This document shows positions 38,090 through 49,830 of a stretch of DNA of 64,000 bases, one piece after another; position 1 is the first letter of the stretch; each line of letters starts with the position of its first letter. The stretch comes from Podarcis vaucheri (Eukaryota), in NCBI GenBank assembly GCA_965113315.1, contig OZ220372.1; one strand, written 5' to 3'. Both the position numbers and the translations under genes were made by a program. The notes beneath the pieces were generated by a model. It searched no databases and had not been told where the DNA came from. It worked only from the letters and a program-made list of their open reading frames with translations.

Positions 38090-39085
38090 TAATTTATTTA
38101 TACCCCACCCATCTGGCTGGGCCTCCCCAGCCACTCTGGGCGGCTTCCAAAAGAATATTAAAATACTGTGAAGCTAAAGATCCAATGATTGTGCTCCAGT
38201 TCCTAAATCTCTGAAGTTTTCTCAAAAGAGGCCTGGTTGTTTTGAAAGGAAGATTCAAAATGGAGTGACTGAGCAAAGAACAGAGGAGGAAAAGAGGGCA
38301 GATAAATAGCTTCCATTCAATACCAAGAGAACACAATGTTTTTGGTTTAGTATAGGTGGACTGTACTTGTAAGAATTTGTATAATGAATTATAGAGTTGG
38401 AGTGGAATATCAGAGCCTCTTTTCAGCAGTAAAGATTAGCTACTAGGAACATGGTTCACACACACACAGGATGTCTGGTTATAGCTGTGCAGTTTAAACT
38501 GTTCCTGAGCCAGATACCTGCTCAGTTTTAGCTGAAATTACTATTACTGTACTGGTTTGTGGAGATGCTTTGCATGTATTTATGACTATTTCCCCAAAAC
38601 TGCTACTTGAAGAAATCCCCAAACTTACTATTTTTAAACTTCAAATGGAGCTCAGAATCCAGTTAGGCAATCCTTTGCAGTTGAATTAGGAGGCACTGAG
38701 AGACAGCAATTTGCTGCTCCCCACCCCCACCCTCCACCCCAGGAGCACACAGCCTTCCCTCTGCTTGCAAACCTTGCAAACCTTGTCCGGACTTCAGGGG
38801 AAAGCAAAGTCTGCAGGCAGAGCAGTGTAGCTCCCCACCCCCAAAAAGCACCCCAGCAACACACAGCCTTCCCTCTGCTTGCAAACCTTGTCCGGGCTTC
38901 AGGGGAAAGCAGAGGCGGCCGGCAGAGCCGCGTGGCTCCTCCCCCCACCCCCAAAGAGCAGCCCAGGGGCACAGGACAACAGCGATTTGGCTCCAGGGAA
39001 CACACATTCGCTCCATAAGACGCACAGACTTTCCCCCTTACTTTTTAGGAGGGAAAAAGTGCGTCCTATGGAGCGAAAAATACGG
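37662..39085. mobile_element. Pogo/Tigger-like MITE termini enclosing ~0.9 kb of unrelated-looking DNA
   Basis: The left end CTGTATTTTTCGCTCCATAGGACGC matches the reverse complement of the right end; TA flanks; ~110-bp tandem units at 38740-38975. Confidence 0.7.
38029..38170 (-). mobile_element. L2 3' tail with long (AAT)n microsatellite
   Basis: (AAT)n at 38029-38089 abutting the reverse-complement L2 stem-loop. Confidence 0.85.
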
Positions 39086-39583
39086 TAAGCTCTGAATGTA
39101 TAGACCACGGATAAGAGACCCGAGTGTCTCTCTGTGCTGCTGGACTCAAACTCCCTCCATCCCTGAGCACTGGACATGCTGGTTGTGACTGAGGAGAGGT
39201 GTAATTCCAACAACACCCAGAGGCTATGTTTAGTCATTACTAAATTTTGCTTCTGACTTCTGGTCCCAGCTGACTTTCTTCCTCAGTTTTTTTTTTTTGG
39301 GGGGTGTTGTTTGTTTGTTGCAAAATGAATAACATCACTTTTTATATTTTACAAACAGCAAGAATAAACTACAAAAGAAAATAACCCCCCCTTTTCCCTC
39401 AGTAATTTATGTCTTTTATGTGTAGCTTTGAAAATGGCCTCTTTTCCTCCTTTCCTGACATGAGTTTTTCACCTGGGGTGTGTGTGTGTGGTGTGATCAG
39501 CTGCTCATGTATGGCTGAGATGTGAATCACTTGCTCAATGAGGGACCCCCCCCCCTGCTTGGCTAGGCCAGGGAAAATGTCGC

Positions 39584-40236
39584 TGTGGCAATCACACAGG
39601 GCCCCCGGACGTTTCACGGTCTATGGACCCTGTGCCACCACCGCGGTTGCTTTTTTTGCTGCCACCACCCCGGGGACACACGGAGTCCAGACAGTTGTTA
39701 ACGTAAACAAATAATCAAGTTTATTTTTAAGTGCAGAAATAAGCGTATGGTGTCGGTTTATTTTTCTCTTGTCAGTTTCTTAAATCTTAAAAAAATTCCT
39801 TCCAGTAGCACCTTAAAGACCAACTAAGTTAGTTCTTGGTATGAGCTTTCGTGTGCATGCACTTTCAGATACACTGAAACAGAAGTTGCCAGATCCTTCT
39901 ATATAGTGAGAAGGTGGGGAGGGGTATTAAATCTTAAATCTTAGTTCCTACAACTTCAGACTGAATTATTCCCAGCTTTCTATCTAACTCCCTAACAATT
40001 CCTCTCCCTCTCTCCCAATACAACTCAACCAACCCACTGCGTATTCCACCCTCTTCCTTCTCCAACCCCCAAGCCTCAACTCCCAACTGACAACCCTCAA
40101 CTGTCAACCCCCAGACCTCAGCTGATTTTCAAAACCTCCCACTCTGTCTTTTACTCCCCCCTTGCATTCTCACTGGCCAGTCACACCACACCCATTTCAA
40201 CCCTTTCATTGACACATCCTAGGGGCAAACGCCACA
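39584..40236 (-). mobile_element. Solo LTR
   Basis: TGTGGC...GCCACA termini; perfect 5-bp TSD GTCGC; minus-strand AATAAA near 39720. Confidence 0.88.
39792..39926 (-). mobile_element. Penelope-like element terminal fragment inserted in the solo LTR
   Basis: GTAGCACCTTAAAGACCAACTAAG...ATGAGCTTTCGTG motif, which I recognise from reptile Penelope ends; 12-bp direct repeat TTAAATCTTAAA on both sides. Confidence 0.75.
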
Positions 40237-40939
40237 GTCGCCATGGAAAGAAATCGGTTATTCTCCGAAAGGAGAGGTGAGATATCTGGAAAAACCCTAT
40301 TATACTTTTGGAACTGCTAGCATGTCAATACTCTTATGAGTAGCATTTTCACTTCATTCTGTAAACCTAAGAATAGAATAGTTAGCTGCTGCCTCCTGTC
40401 CCGTCCCCCCGCCTGTTCGTCACCAAGATGTCTGAGTAGGGGAGAGTTGAAAGCTCACATCCATGTTGTAATTTTATCCATGGAAACTAAGTACAGAGCA
40501 TTTAAGAACTAAATATAAGCACCACTAAAAAACAATTCTATTTCTGAGTCTTAAATAATATTGACTCTAAAGATAGAATTCCAGTGTGAAATATTTGTGA
40601 AGCAGAAAAGGTATAAAGGAGAGAGAAAATTGCTATCCTGACTTTTGTGTGAGCTTCTCAGGAGTGTCTTGCAAGACTTCTGAACTGATCCATCAAGGCA
40701 ATTCTCAAGCTCCTAAGTTCTTATGTACTGTGTCGATGAGTATTTTGTTATGAGTTCACCCGGCAGTGAGCCCAATGATTATGATGGTGTTATTCCAGTA
40801 ACTTGGGAGACGTTCTGTTACGGTCGCATGACTTTTTGTCTCAAAAGAGAGGCAATCCTCATATAATTATTTTAACTAAAACACATGTGAATGTAGTGAT
40901 CCAGTGTGTGACAGCATGAAAAATGTGAATTCCATTCCA

Positions 40940-41500
40940 GGGCAAGGATTGAAGATAAACTTGGCAATATCGTAATTTCATTATGCAAATCTATGGTGAC
41001 ACCAGACTTTGAATACGGTGTAAAGTTCTGCTCGTTGCACCTCCAAGTTGCTTTGGTCTGCTCTGAAGCTTCCAACTGTCACTTTCATTGGGGGGCGGGG
41101 GGGGGGCAGGTTCCTATTTTACCTCAAGAGGCAAACCCTCTGCACAATCTTAAACACCACTTTCATATCCCCCTTGACCTTTTCCCTAAACCAGAAAGCC
41201 CAAGCTGTAGTAATCTTTCCTCATAAGGAAGTCGTTCCAACCCCTCAGTCGTTTAGGTTTCCCATTTCTGAATTTTCTCTCTACAGTATCCTTCTTTGAG
41301 GCGACCAGAACTTTACACCGTATTCCATGCTCACACATAGTTAACCTGTAAAATTTCCTTGCACATGATGTAATGATGATCACCAACTTGAGTGGCTTGA
41401 AAACAGAATTTTCAGATTCATAGAGGGTCAGGTTGTCAGTGGCTACTAGCCATGGGGGCTGCTGGAGGCACTATGCCTCTGAATACCAGTTACATGATGT
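40940..41500. mobile_element. Rearranged old CR1 LINE fragments
   Basis: CR1 ORF2-like pieces (KSMVTPDFEYGVKFCS) in both orientations plus a CR1 3' UTR-like segment. Confidence 0.55.
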
Positions 41501-42297
41501 TTTCAGCGGATGCTGTGAAAACAGGCCTTGGCTCTTAGGATAGGTGTGGCATAATACAAAGGAGCTGCCACACCTAAAAGAGCAGAGAAAGAGGGAGATC
41601 CATAAATAGCTTAGGCATCTCAGTTGTCACTTTGCTTGCTCCCAGAGAGCACTTTTCCTGTGCTCAGAATAAAATGGAGGAGGATATCAAGACAGCCACT
41701 CCTGATATCCAGCGAAATGTGGGCATGTTTACAATGTAGGAGAGGGTGAGCCAGTTTATATAGGAACTGAGCAGGAAGAGCAAACTGGATTTTTTATAAA
41801 GGGAATATTTATTGAGACTTCACAGGCAGCATAGGAGGTACTGGAGAGCATACTGGTGTAGTCCAGTTGAGGGTTTCTTCTGCTGAAGAGAAACAAAGCT
41901 GTTTCTGTTCAAAAGAAGTGAACCCATAGCTCAGTTTGATAAGGAATTTCAGTTGCATTTGCAAATAAAGCTACTTCCTTGTTTTGGTCAGATAAAACAA
42001 ATCACATCTTGTTTCACGCCTGTCATGGACTGTTGAACATATTCCTTTTTCTTTTCCTTTTTTACATTGTTGAGGTTCTTCTGGTATCTTAACTGTTTCT
42101 CCCGCCACATACTTAACCTTGTTACTTTGAAAAACATAGTTCTAGTATTCAGCATAGTTGATGAAATAAATAGTGACCCAAATGCCATTGTTTGCACCAG
42201 GGTACAAATTCTTACTTGAGTAACTGCCTGTAACTGCCTGCATGGTGTAGAATCAAATGTATATAGTTTCTGAAAATTAAGCAGTCTCTGTGTCTTA

Positions 42298-42398
42298 AAT
42301 AGCTCGGTTGGTTAGAGTGTGGTGCTGAAAACTCCAAAGTTGCAGGTTTATTCCCTTATGGGATACCTGCAGGGTCCTTTCCAACTTCTATGATTCTA
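42298..42398 (+). mobile_element. tRNA-derived SINE with CR1-type tail
   Basis: A-box TAGCTCGGTTGG with a tRNA-Ile-like head; tail TTCCAACTTCTATGATTCT. Confidence 0.7.
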
Positions 42399-44534
42399 AT
42401 GAGCATCTAATAAGAGATGTAGAAGCAACAGCTGCTAGAATAAATTTCAATCAGAAATTCTGCAGCCGCTGCTAATTTATAGAAAGGGTTGTATCGCCCT
42501 TCCCTGTGGAGCATAGTTTTGACATTCAGACTTAAACTGGAGATTTTAGTTTCTGTTGCATGTATGTGAAGCAGGTATTAACAGAGTGGTGGTGATTCTC
42601 AGCTAGGTAGACTTGGGTTGAAATCTCTGCTTAGCTGTGAAGCATACTGGGTGGTGTTGGACAAATCACAATCCCTTAGCGGGGAACTACAACTCCCATT
42701 ATCCCATTGGTTGCACTGGGTAATGGGGATTGGAGTCCAACAACCCCTAGAGGGCCATAGGTGCCAATCTCTGCTTTACCTGAAGAAAACTCATAGAATT
42801 GCTGTGAGGGCAAAATGGGGTAGCTTTCACATCTGGCACCTTCAGCTCCTTGGAGAGACAGAACGAAGAGATAAAAATGTGTGTGAGAGAAGAAGGTGTG
42901 TATATTTCAGATGAAGGTGACAGTCTGAAATCCCTGCCAGCGTTAGGGCTTTGGGGCATGATCCTTGGTGTGTGTATCTCTTGCAACAGTGGGCTTGCTC
43001 CATTTGACAGAAGCCCATTGGAAGGAAGGGGCCCTGGAGATTTGCAGCAGCATTCTGCTGGCACAAATCTCTGTGAAGCCCAGAAGATTGGGTGTAAATC
43101 TTCCCTCTGGTGCCAGAGGACAAGAAGATTGATTGCGGGTAGAGCTGGCAAAACAAGAAGATCTGCCTCTTACAAAAACTGAGGAGCAAGAAAAACTGCT
43201 CCAACACCATGTTTTGAAGTTGGCTGTAGGCAGCTTTGGGCACAAGTTGGTTTCTCGTTGTATTTTGGAAAAGCACCTAGGTCGTTGAGGTGCCAAACAA
43301 ACAGTATATATATTTAAACAAAACAGAATTTCTCCTTGTCTAGTGAAAATGCCGCAAGCTGCTGTGTGTAATTTTTCTGTCAAGATGAGTGAAAAGTGGC
43401 AAATACCCTGTGCTTCCAGTGTTGCAGGCCTGGCAGGTATATTTGGGAAGACTTTGCCTTGCTCCCTGTGTTACTTCCGGGCAACAGGACGGGGAAGGTT
43501 GACAAACACCAAACAGACTTTTCAGTTTTCTTTCAAGCCACAGCTGTTTGCTTTTGTGTTTTCTAGTTGTTGTTCTAAAATTCTGTACAGTGTAATGGCG
43601 GGGTTTAATGGTCAGCTTCTGAGATTATTTTCTTCCTGCCTCGCCCTGCTTTCCTCCAGCAGTGAGGCAGCATTCTGTGCCCACTGAGCACGATCAGTTC
43701 ACATTGCAGTGCTTTTTTTAGGGGAGGGGGGAAATCTCCCCTGGGTTCCCCCCCTCCCCAGAAATACTGCTGCAAACCTTGTCTTCTCCTGAAGCCTCCC
43801 TCTTTTGTGTGAATGGTCCTGTATGGACTGTCCCTCAGGTAACTGAGATCATTGTTAGTAGATGCAACTGGGACCTTGCAAGAAAAGTTGGCGTGCTTTC
43901 CTTTGGGGCTCAACCCATTCTGTATCATCCACAAACACAGTGTTTTCCTGTCCTGGCAGTCACCAGGACTGTATTTGAGTTTGGGTTCTCTTTGTGTTTG
44001 TTTGTTTGTTTTTGCAGGGGTTCAACACACGTGTGCCTAGCTCTAGCCTAGGGACACCCAGCATTTCATACCAAGGCCGGGGGGGGGGGGACAACACACT
44101 CGGCCTTGTCACATGGCTGGGGAAATCCAGCCAGATGGGTGGGGTAATAATAATAATAATAATAATGATAATAATAATAATAATTGGGGTGGGAGGGGGG
44201 CCAAAATTTGACACCACCCCCATGTGCCGCCTTTTCAAAGCTAGCAGAGCAAGGCATCAGGCTTTGGGAAGGGGGTACGCAGCTCTGGCAGGATCCTGGA
44301 GCCCCCTTGCCTCCTCCCCAAATCTGGGAAAGTGCTAGCTAGGTTTTGGGAAGGAGTCTGGAGGACCCAAAGTCGAGCACCTCCTCACCCGGCTTTGGGA
44401 AGGCAGTGGGGGGGCTGCGAGGACGACGGCAACATCACATGTTGCTGAGGGCTGCGAAGAAAGGCATGTTAGACCGTGCTGATCCAGCTATACTTCATAG
44501 AATTGTGCCATCTCAAATGTACAGTTAATGAAGT

Positions 44535-44664
44535 AGAATCATAGAATTGGAAGAGAACATGAGGGTCTTCTAGTCCACCCCCCATGGAGGAATCCTTTGC
44601 CCAGTGTGGGGCTCAAGCCCATGACTGTGAGATTAAGACTCTCATGCTCTACCAACTGAGCTAT
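44535..44664 (-). mobile_element. tRNA-Lys-derived SINE with CR1-type tail
   Basis: Minus strand GATAGCTCAGTTGGTAGAGCATGAGAGTCTTAATCTC...; tail CTTCCAATTCTATGATTCT. Confidence 0.78.
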
Positions 44665-44868
44665 CAATCAGCGGTTAATTTCTTTATGTGTGTGGACAGC
44701 TCTCCTTTTTTAAATGAGATGGTTCTTTCTACATTTATCTCCATTTTTGGTTAACCCCAAGTCTGCTGGTACTTTTTTCTTCGGAGTGTGTCGCTGTGAA
44801 GCACAAGCCCAGAAAGACTTGAAAATATGATGATGATATAAATCTGGTCACAGGTACATTCCATCCCA

Positions 44869-45262
44869 AGTAAAGGTTAAAAAAAGAAAAGGTAAAGAAC
44901 CCCTGGACAGTGAAGTCCAGCCAAAGGCGACTGTAGAGTGCGGCACTCATCTTGCTTTCAGACCGAGGGAGCTGGCATTTGTCCACAGACTGCTTTCTGG
45001 GTCATGTGGCCAGCATGACTAAACTGCTTCTGGCACAACAGGACACCGTGACAAGTGCCAGAGTGCACAGAAATGCCGTTTACCTTCCCACCGGAGCAGT
45101 ACCTATTCATCTACTTGCACTGGTGTGGTTTTGAACTGCTAGGTTGGCAAAAGCTGGGACAGAGCAATGGGAGTTCACCCCATTGCACAGATTTGAACTG
45201 CTGACCTTCTGATCAGCAAGCCCAAGGCTCAGTGGTTTAGACCACAGCGCCACCTGCATCCC
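44869..45262 (-). mobile_element. Sauria SINE, near full length
   Basis: Minus-strand head GGGATGCAGGTGGCGCTGTGGTCTAAACCACTGAG, body GGGAAGGTAAACGGC, ACCTTT-type tail. Confidence 0.9.
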
Positions 45263-46571
45263 CAGTTACTTTCTATGGTTCTATGGTAGCCTTTGTCTTA
45301 AGTTTTGTCAAAGTGTATAGTAAAAGATTTTGGTGTTTTGCTAATACATTGGAGAGGCAATTGATTCTTTTCCTTTTGGAAGAGCTCTCTGAAAGATGCT
45401 CACATAATCTGCTCGTTTGTTTCATAGCCTCATGACTGTGTCAATACCATGATAGGGGAATGTGCGGCATTTCCTTGCTTACATTAGCAGCTGGAGATCC
45501 ATAAATGAATGGTTTGATTGTTTCCCCCTCCCTCTAGATCTGCTGATCCAAGTGGAATGTCTCAGAAAAATGGGTATATTGATTTTCAATGCATAAATAA
45601 TATAAGCAGTAGGAATGTTTTGCTGCATAACTAAGCAATGAAATATCTAAAGTATATTTACCCAAAGGATGAGGTTTGTGTGGAGGTGACCAGATTAAGT
45701 TCAAAAGAATGTAAATGAGTAAACACCAGGTGTTTTTTTTTTGTAGCCTTGGAGAATCTTCATAGAGTTATCTTAAATCTGTTTGAGATATGCTATCTTT
45801 CAGATGGTACTCATTTTTCTTTGGGAAAGGAGAAACAGTAAACTTAAAAGTTAAATAAAATAACATTCTCAACCAAACTTAAGTATTCAATTTCTAATTA
45901 CAGCAGACACAATTTTAACTTCTGAAAGTATTTTACCAGCTTGCTGACACCGTGGCCAAGAAGTGATAAAAGGTTATACTTTCCCTCCCTTTCCTCCTTC
46001 ACTAAATACGGATCACAGAGAGATCAGTATGTAGGATCCAGCACAGTCCCTCTGACTAGAAAGAGGGCTGCATCTCACCTACAGGTGGTACTTAACACCA
46101 CGGAAGCTGGCACCGCTACGCCCAGAAACCTCATCAAGATATTGTAGAGGCTGCGCCTCCACACACACATACCTTCACATGTGGTGGGAATGCCCTAAAA
46201 TCCAACCGTTCTGGACAGCAGTCCTGCAAGAGATATGCAAAATAGCTAAACAGGTATTAGAATTCACCTAAGAATGTTAAGAATGTCGTGCTATATTTTC
46301 ATGCGTATGCGCTTTCTATAATATAAAATGTTCACTCTCTCGTTAAAAGGTTGGTTGAATTGCTTGGCATCTGTGGTTTGGTTTTGCTGCAGGATTGAAA
46401 AAAGGCACAAACTGCTTACAGTATCTTCCTTTCTTCTTTGACATTTGAAAGCTGGAATATCATTTTGATTAGTTGCTCCTCTTTTTAGGCCCAGTTCTCA
46501 TAAACTGAATTAAATAACTTCAGGCTTCCTGGGAGCAGGAGACTCAAATGGTTCAGGACTCCTTGGTACAA

Positions 46572-47015
46572 TAGGGTGTCTCATTTTAAGGGGTGAAACT
46601 TAATTTTTGAAAATTTATTCAGTGCAGGGTCTTAAAAATGTTATTGGGAGTGTAAGGAATTCAAATCTACTATTTTTTGTGTGACTGCACAACATTTAGC
46701 TTTTTAAGTCTACGTTTAATGAAGAAGCATATAAAATGTTTTTGGAAAACCAAAGAATTTTGATTTTACCTTCTGAAAATGTCAAGTAATGCTTAATAAT
46801 AATAATGATGATTATGATTATGATGGAATAGAACTGCAAATACTTGGCAATCATTTTTAATGATTTCTGTGCAAGTTTGCACATATTTTACTTACCAAGC
46901 AAAATAAAATTACATTAATCTAACCAAAATATATTTTGAATTCCCAAGTCACATTACAGCTTTTTAACACCCCTCATTTTTAGAATTTGGAAGTTGAAAA
47001 ATCCAACATGCCCTA
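46572..47015. mobile_element. AT-rich 444-bp non-autonomous DNA element with 9-bp TSD (MULE/MuDR-like), copy 2
   Basis: TAGGG...CCCTA ends; perfect 9-bp TSD TTGGTACAA (46563-46571 and 47016-47024). Confidence 0.8.
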
Positions 47016-49830
47016 TTGGTACAAATCTCCCCCCTTACAAAGTACATCTGTATACAATTTTAGTTTTGATTATAGCCAAGGCACAGCTGTGACTCTCTCC
47101 CTGCCACTGCCAACTTGAAAGGTGCGCTAGGTTCAGATATTTTACTGGAGCTCGCTTAACTAAGTAAAACTGCAGGCCTCCAGATGTTGTTGCCCAGCCA
47201 GTGTGGCAAATGATCAGGGATGATGGGATTTCTACTCCAGCAACATCTGGAAGGCTGCCTGTTCCCCATCCCTGCCCTAGAACTAAGAGGCAGGTACATA
47301 AGACCCCAACAGTTTGCTTCCAGCCGTATAGCCAAAATCAAGAGTGCTTCAGAACCAGGGCTGGCCCCACCATTAGGTGAAGTCAGGTGATTAATCTCAA
47401 GTGGCAGATGTTGGGGGGCAGCTGTGTCAGCCCCCTGGCTATCCCCCCTAAGCCTCATGACCTCTCGCCTCTGTTGGGTGGCAGACCTGTGTGTGTTATG
47501 CAGTCTGTCTTGGCTCAGGTGCAGTGGAGGACACTATCCTGTCACCAGTGTTGAGATAAGAGTCAGCAGTCAGGCCAGCAGCCAGGTTTCTGTATGTGAC
47601 ACTGGGGTGTGTATCTGTGCCAATCTTTCCTTTATCTTGGGTAGCAAAGTGTATTGGGGAGCCTTGTCCAGAATTATCTCCTTTCTGGCACAATTCTCCC
47701 TTCTTTCCACCCTTAACTAGAATGCAGGGGCTGTGTAGCAAAGAAGAACGAGTGGTGGCTCGGTGGATGGCACAGATGTGGTGAAACAGGGTAGTCTATT
47801 GTTGGCATCCATCTGTATTGAGAGACAGTGGAGTGTGCCTCTGGGGGTGAAGTGTCTCCTGCTTGGCAGGGGGTTGGACTCGATGGCCCTTGTGGTCTCT
47901 TCCAACTCTATGATTCTAATCGCTGTGTTAGCAGCAGTTCCTGGAGGTCTTGGGCTGCCCAGATGACAAGAGTCCCCTCCCAGCCTTGCTGACGTGGTCC
48001 AAAGGAAAGCAGACGTTTGGCACCCGCTTGGCTGCAGGAGTTGCTGGAAGGCGGCGTACAAGGTTCCATCCAACAGTCTTTGGGATTGCACTCCAGATTT
48101 ATGTCTAGAAACAGAGTTTTCCTTCTCCTGGATGGGCTCTTCTGCCCCACACTTCCCTCTACAGCACAGCGACAAACTATACAATTTGTTTAAACCTTTC
48201 TGATTGCGTTCTAAAGTCCATATTTGAGGCACAGCTCTAAGCAGACTGCTGTAATCTTTGTGTAGGGAAATATTTCCATCCTATGTGTGTAAAGCAATGC
48301 TGTTTGTTGCAGGAATTTTGTTCTTTTTCTTCATAAATATTTGTTTCAGAGTACATCCATACAGCTCATTTAGCCAAGAAGGGTTTTGATTTATCCTTTA
48401 GAAATGAAGCTTCTCTCTGCCAGCTTTAAGAAATGGCCACATGTATAGGTATGCAACACAACTGGAATGTCAATAGCTGATAAAGTAGTTCTTGACTGAT
48501 AATGGAAATTTACTTTGGCTTGAAATTGGCTTTTGCTGTCTAGCCTTGACGAATTGTTAAGCCAAACAAGGTGTTCAGTGGTGAGTGCAGGAATTGGCAT
48601 GGATTATTTGTCTGTGTTGTTTTGGGAAAGTAAGAGTGAATGTCTGTTTGAAATGGTCCTTCAATGCAATTTGAAAAATGCATATGAACTGTGGCAAAGT
48701 CCTTATTGATTCTCTTTACTGATGTTGGGACATTTTTTGTGCTGAAGGATTTCTTTTCCTGTTTATGTGTGTACTTGTACCTATGTGTCCCCCCCTTTAA
48801 ATCTTCTCTACCGCTGATGAAAAAATCTGACTCCCCACAACCTGCTCACTTTATTTGCCCTGTTAGTGCAAGAACATGTCTGTTCACAGTGTGCGCATAT
48901 TAAATGGATTTGAGGGATACTATCATTACATCATTTTTACTGAACAGGTTTCCACTTGTTAAAAAGCATCTGTTCTGAGTTGTCGCAAATGTGTTTCCCC
49001 CTTTTGAAACTGTTTTATACCATCTTGTACCATAGAGTGCATTTGAGTCGTATGTGAACTCTCTCTCTCTCTCCCCCCCCCCCCGGTAGTCTGTTGTTTC
49101 TTATTGTGTTGTTTCAAAGCACTGACTAATGTGGGAGAAATGTTTTTCCCAGGACTCTGTACCTGGCTGTTCCAGCCCCTACTCTAATCTGCCTTTTTAA
49201 AAAATGCATTGAGGGGGTTGCATTCTTTCCCAGTTTGCTGTGCAGAGCATGGAATTCCTGGATGCAAGCTGGTACTAAAGCATACTCTGATTCTTTTTAT
49301 ACTGTGCTGCTCATTCCAAATTTAAAAAGGTCTGTCATTTCCAAACTGCACCTCCAGGATATATGCTAGTGTTCTGTGAAAAACAAATGAATTAAATGAT
49401 GAAAGGCTCCCTTGTCTGGCTGTTGTGCCTCTGCTTGATATACTGCTCTGGCTGTGCCTTTTTCCAGTTTAGACTCAGTGTCTGAATTATGCTTTTGGCT
49501 GAATCATCCAGTAGCTCCCAATACCAACATATTTATCCTCACTCTGAGGAGGATGCCCCTTGCATCTCAGCATGAATCACAATTTGGACATATCTGGAAC
49601 ACGAACCATGCCAGAACTAAAGAAGAAGGCTTTTCCTAGCATCAGTAGTTCTTGTGCCAATGAGAGGCAAAGTTTTTGGGGGCTGCTCATCTGAAATGGC
49701 CTGAAAATATTTTAATTGAAGAGCAGCATAAAGATTCTTTAAATTCTGAATAAAGTTTACAGAAAAACTGAAATAGATGACAGTAGATGGCAGCTTATAC
49801 ACCTCACTAGGAGGAAGGATTATGAACCAA

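Noticed and set aside
44600-44664. tRNA-Lys gene
   Set aside because: The arms and B-box are degenerate and it is joined to a CR1-type tail, so it is a SINE head. The same applies to the tRNA-Ile-like head at 42298.
36787-47015. Long TIRs of a single 10-kb transposon
   Set aside because: The right copy has its own termini and a perfect TSD, and the interior holds no transposase, so these are two separate insertions.
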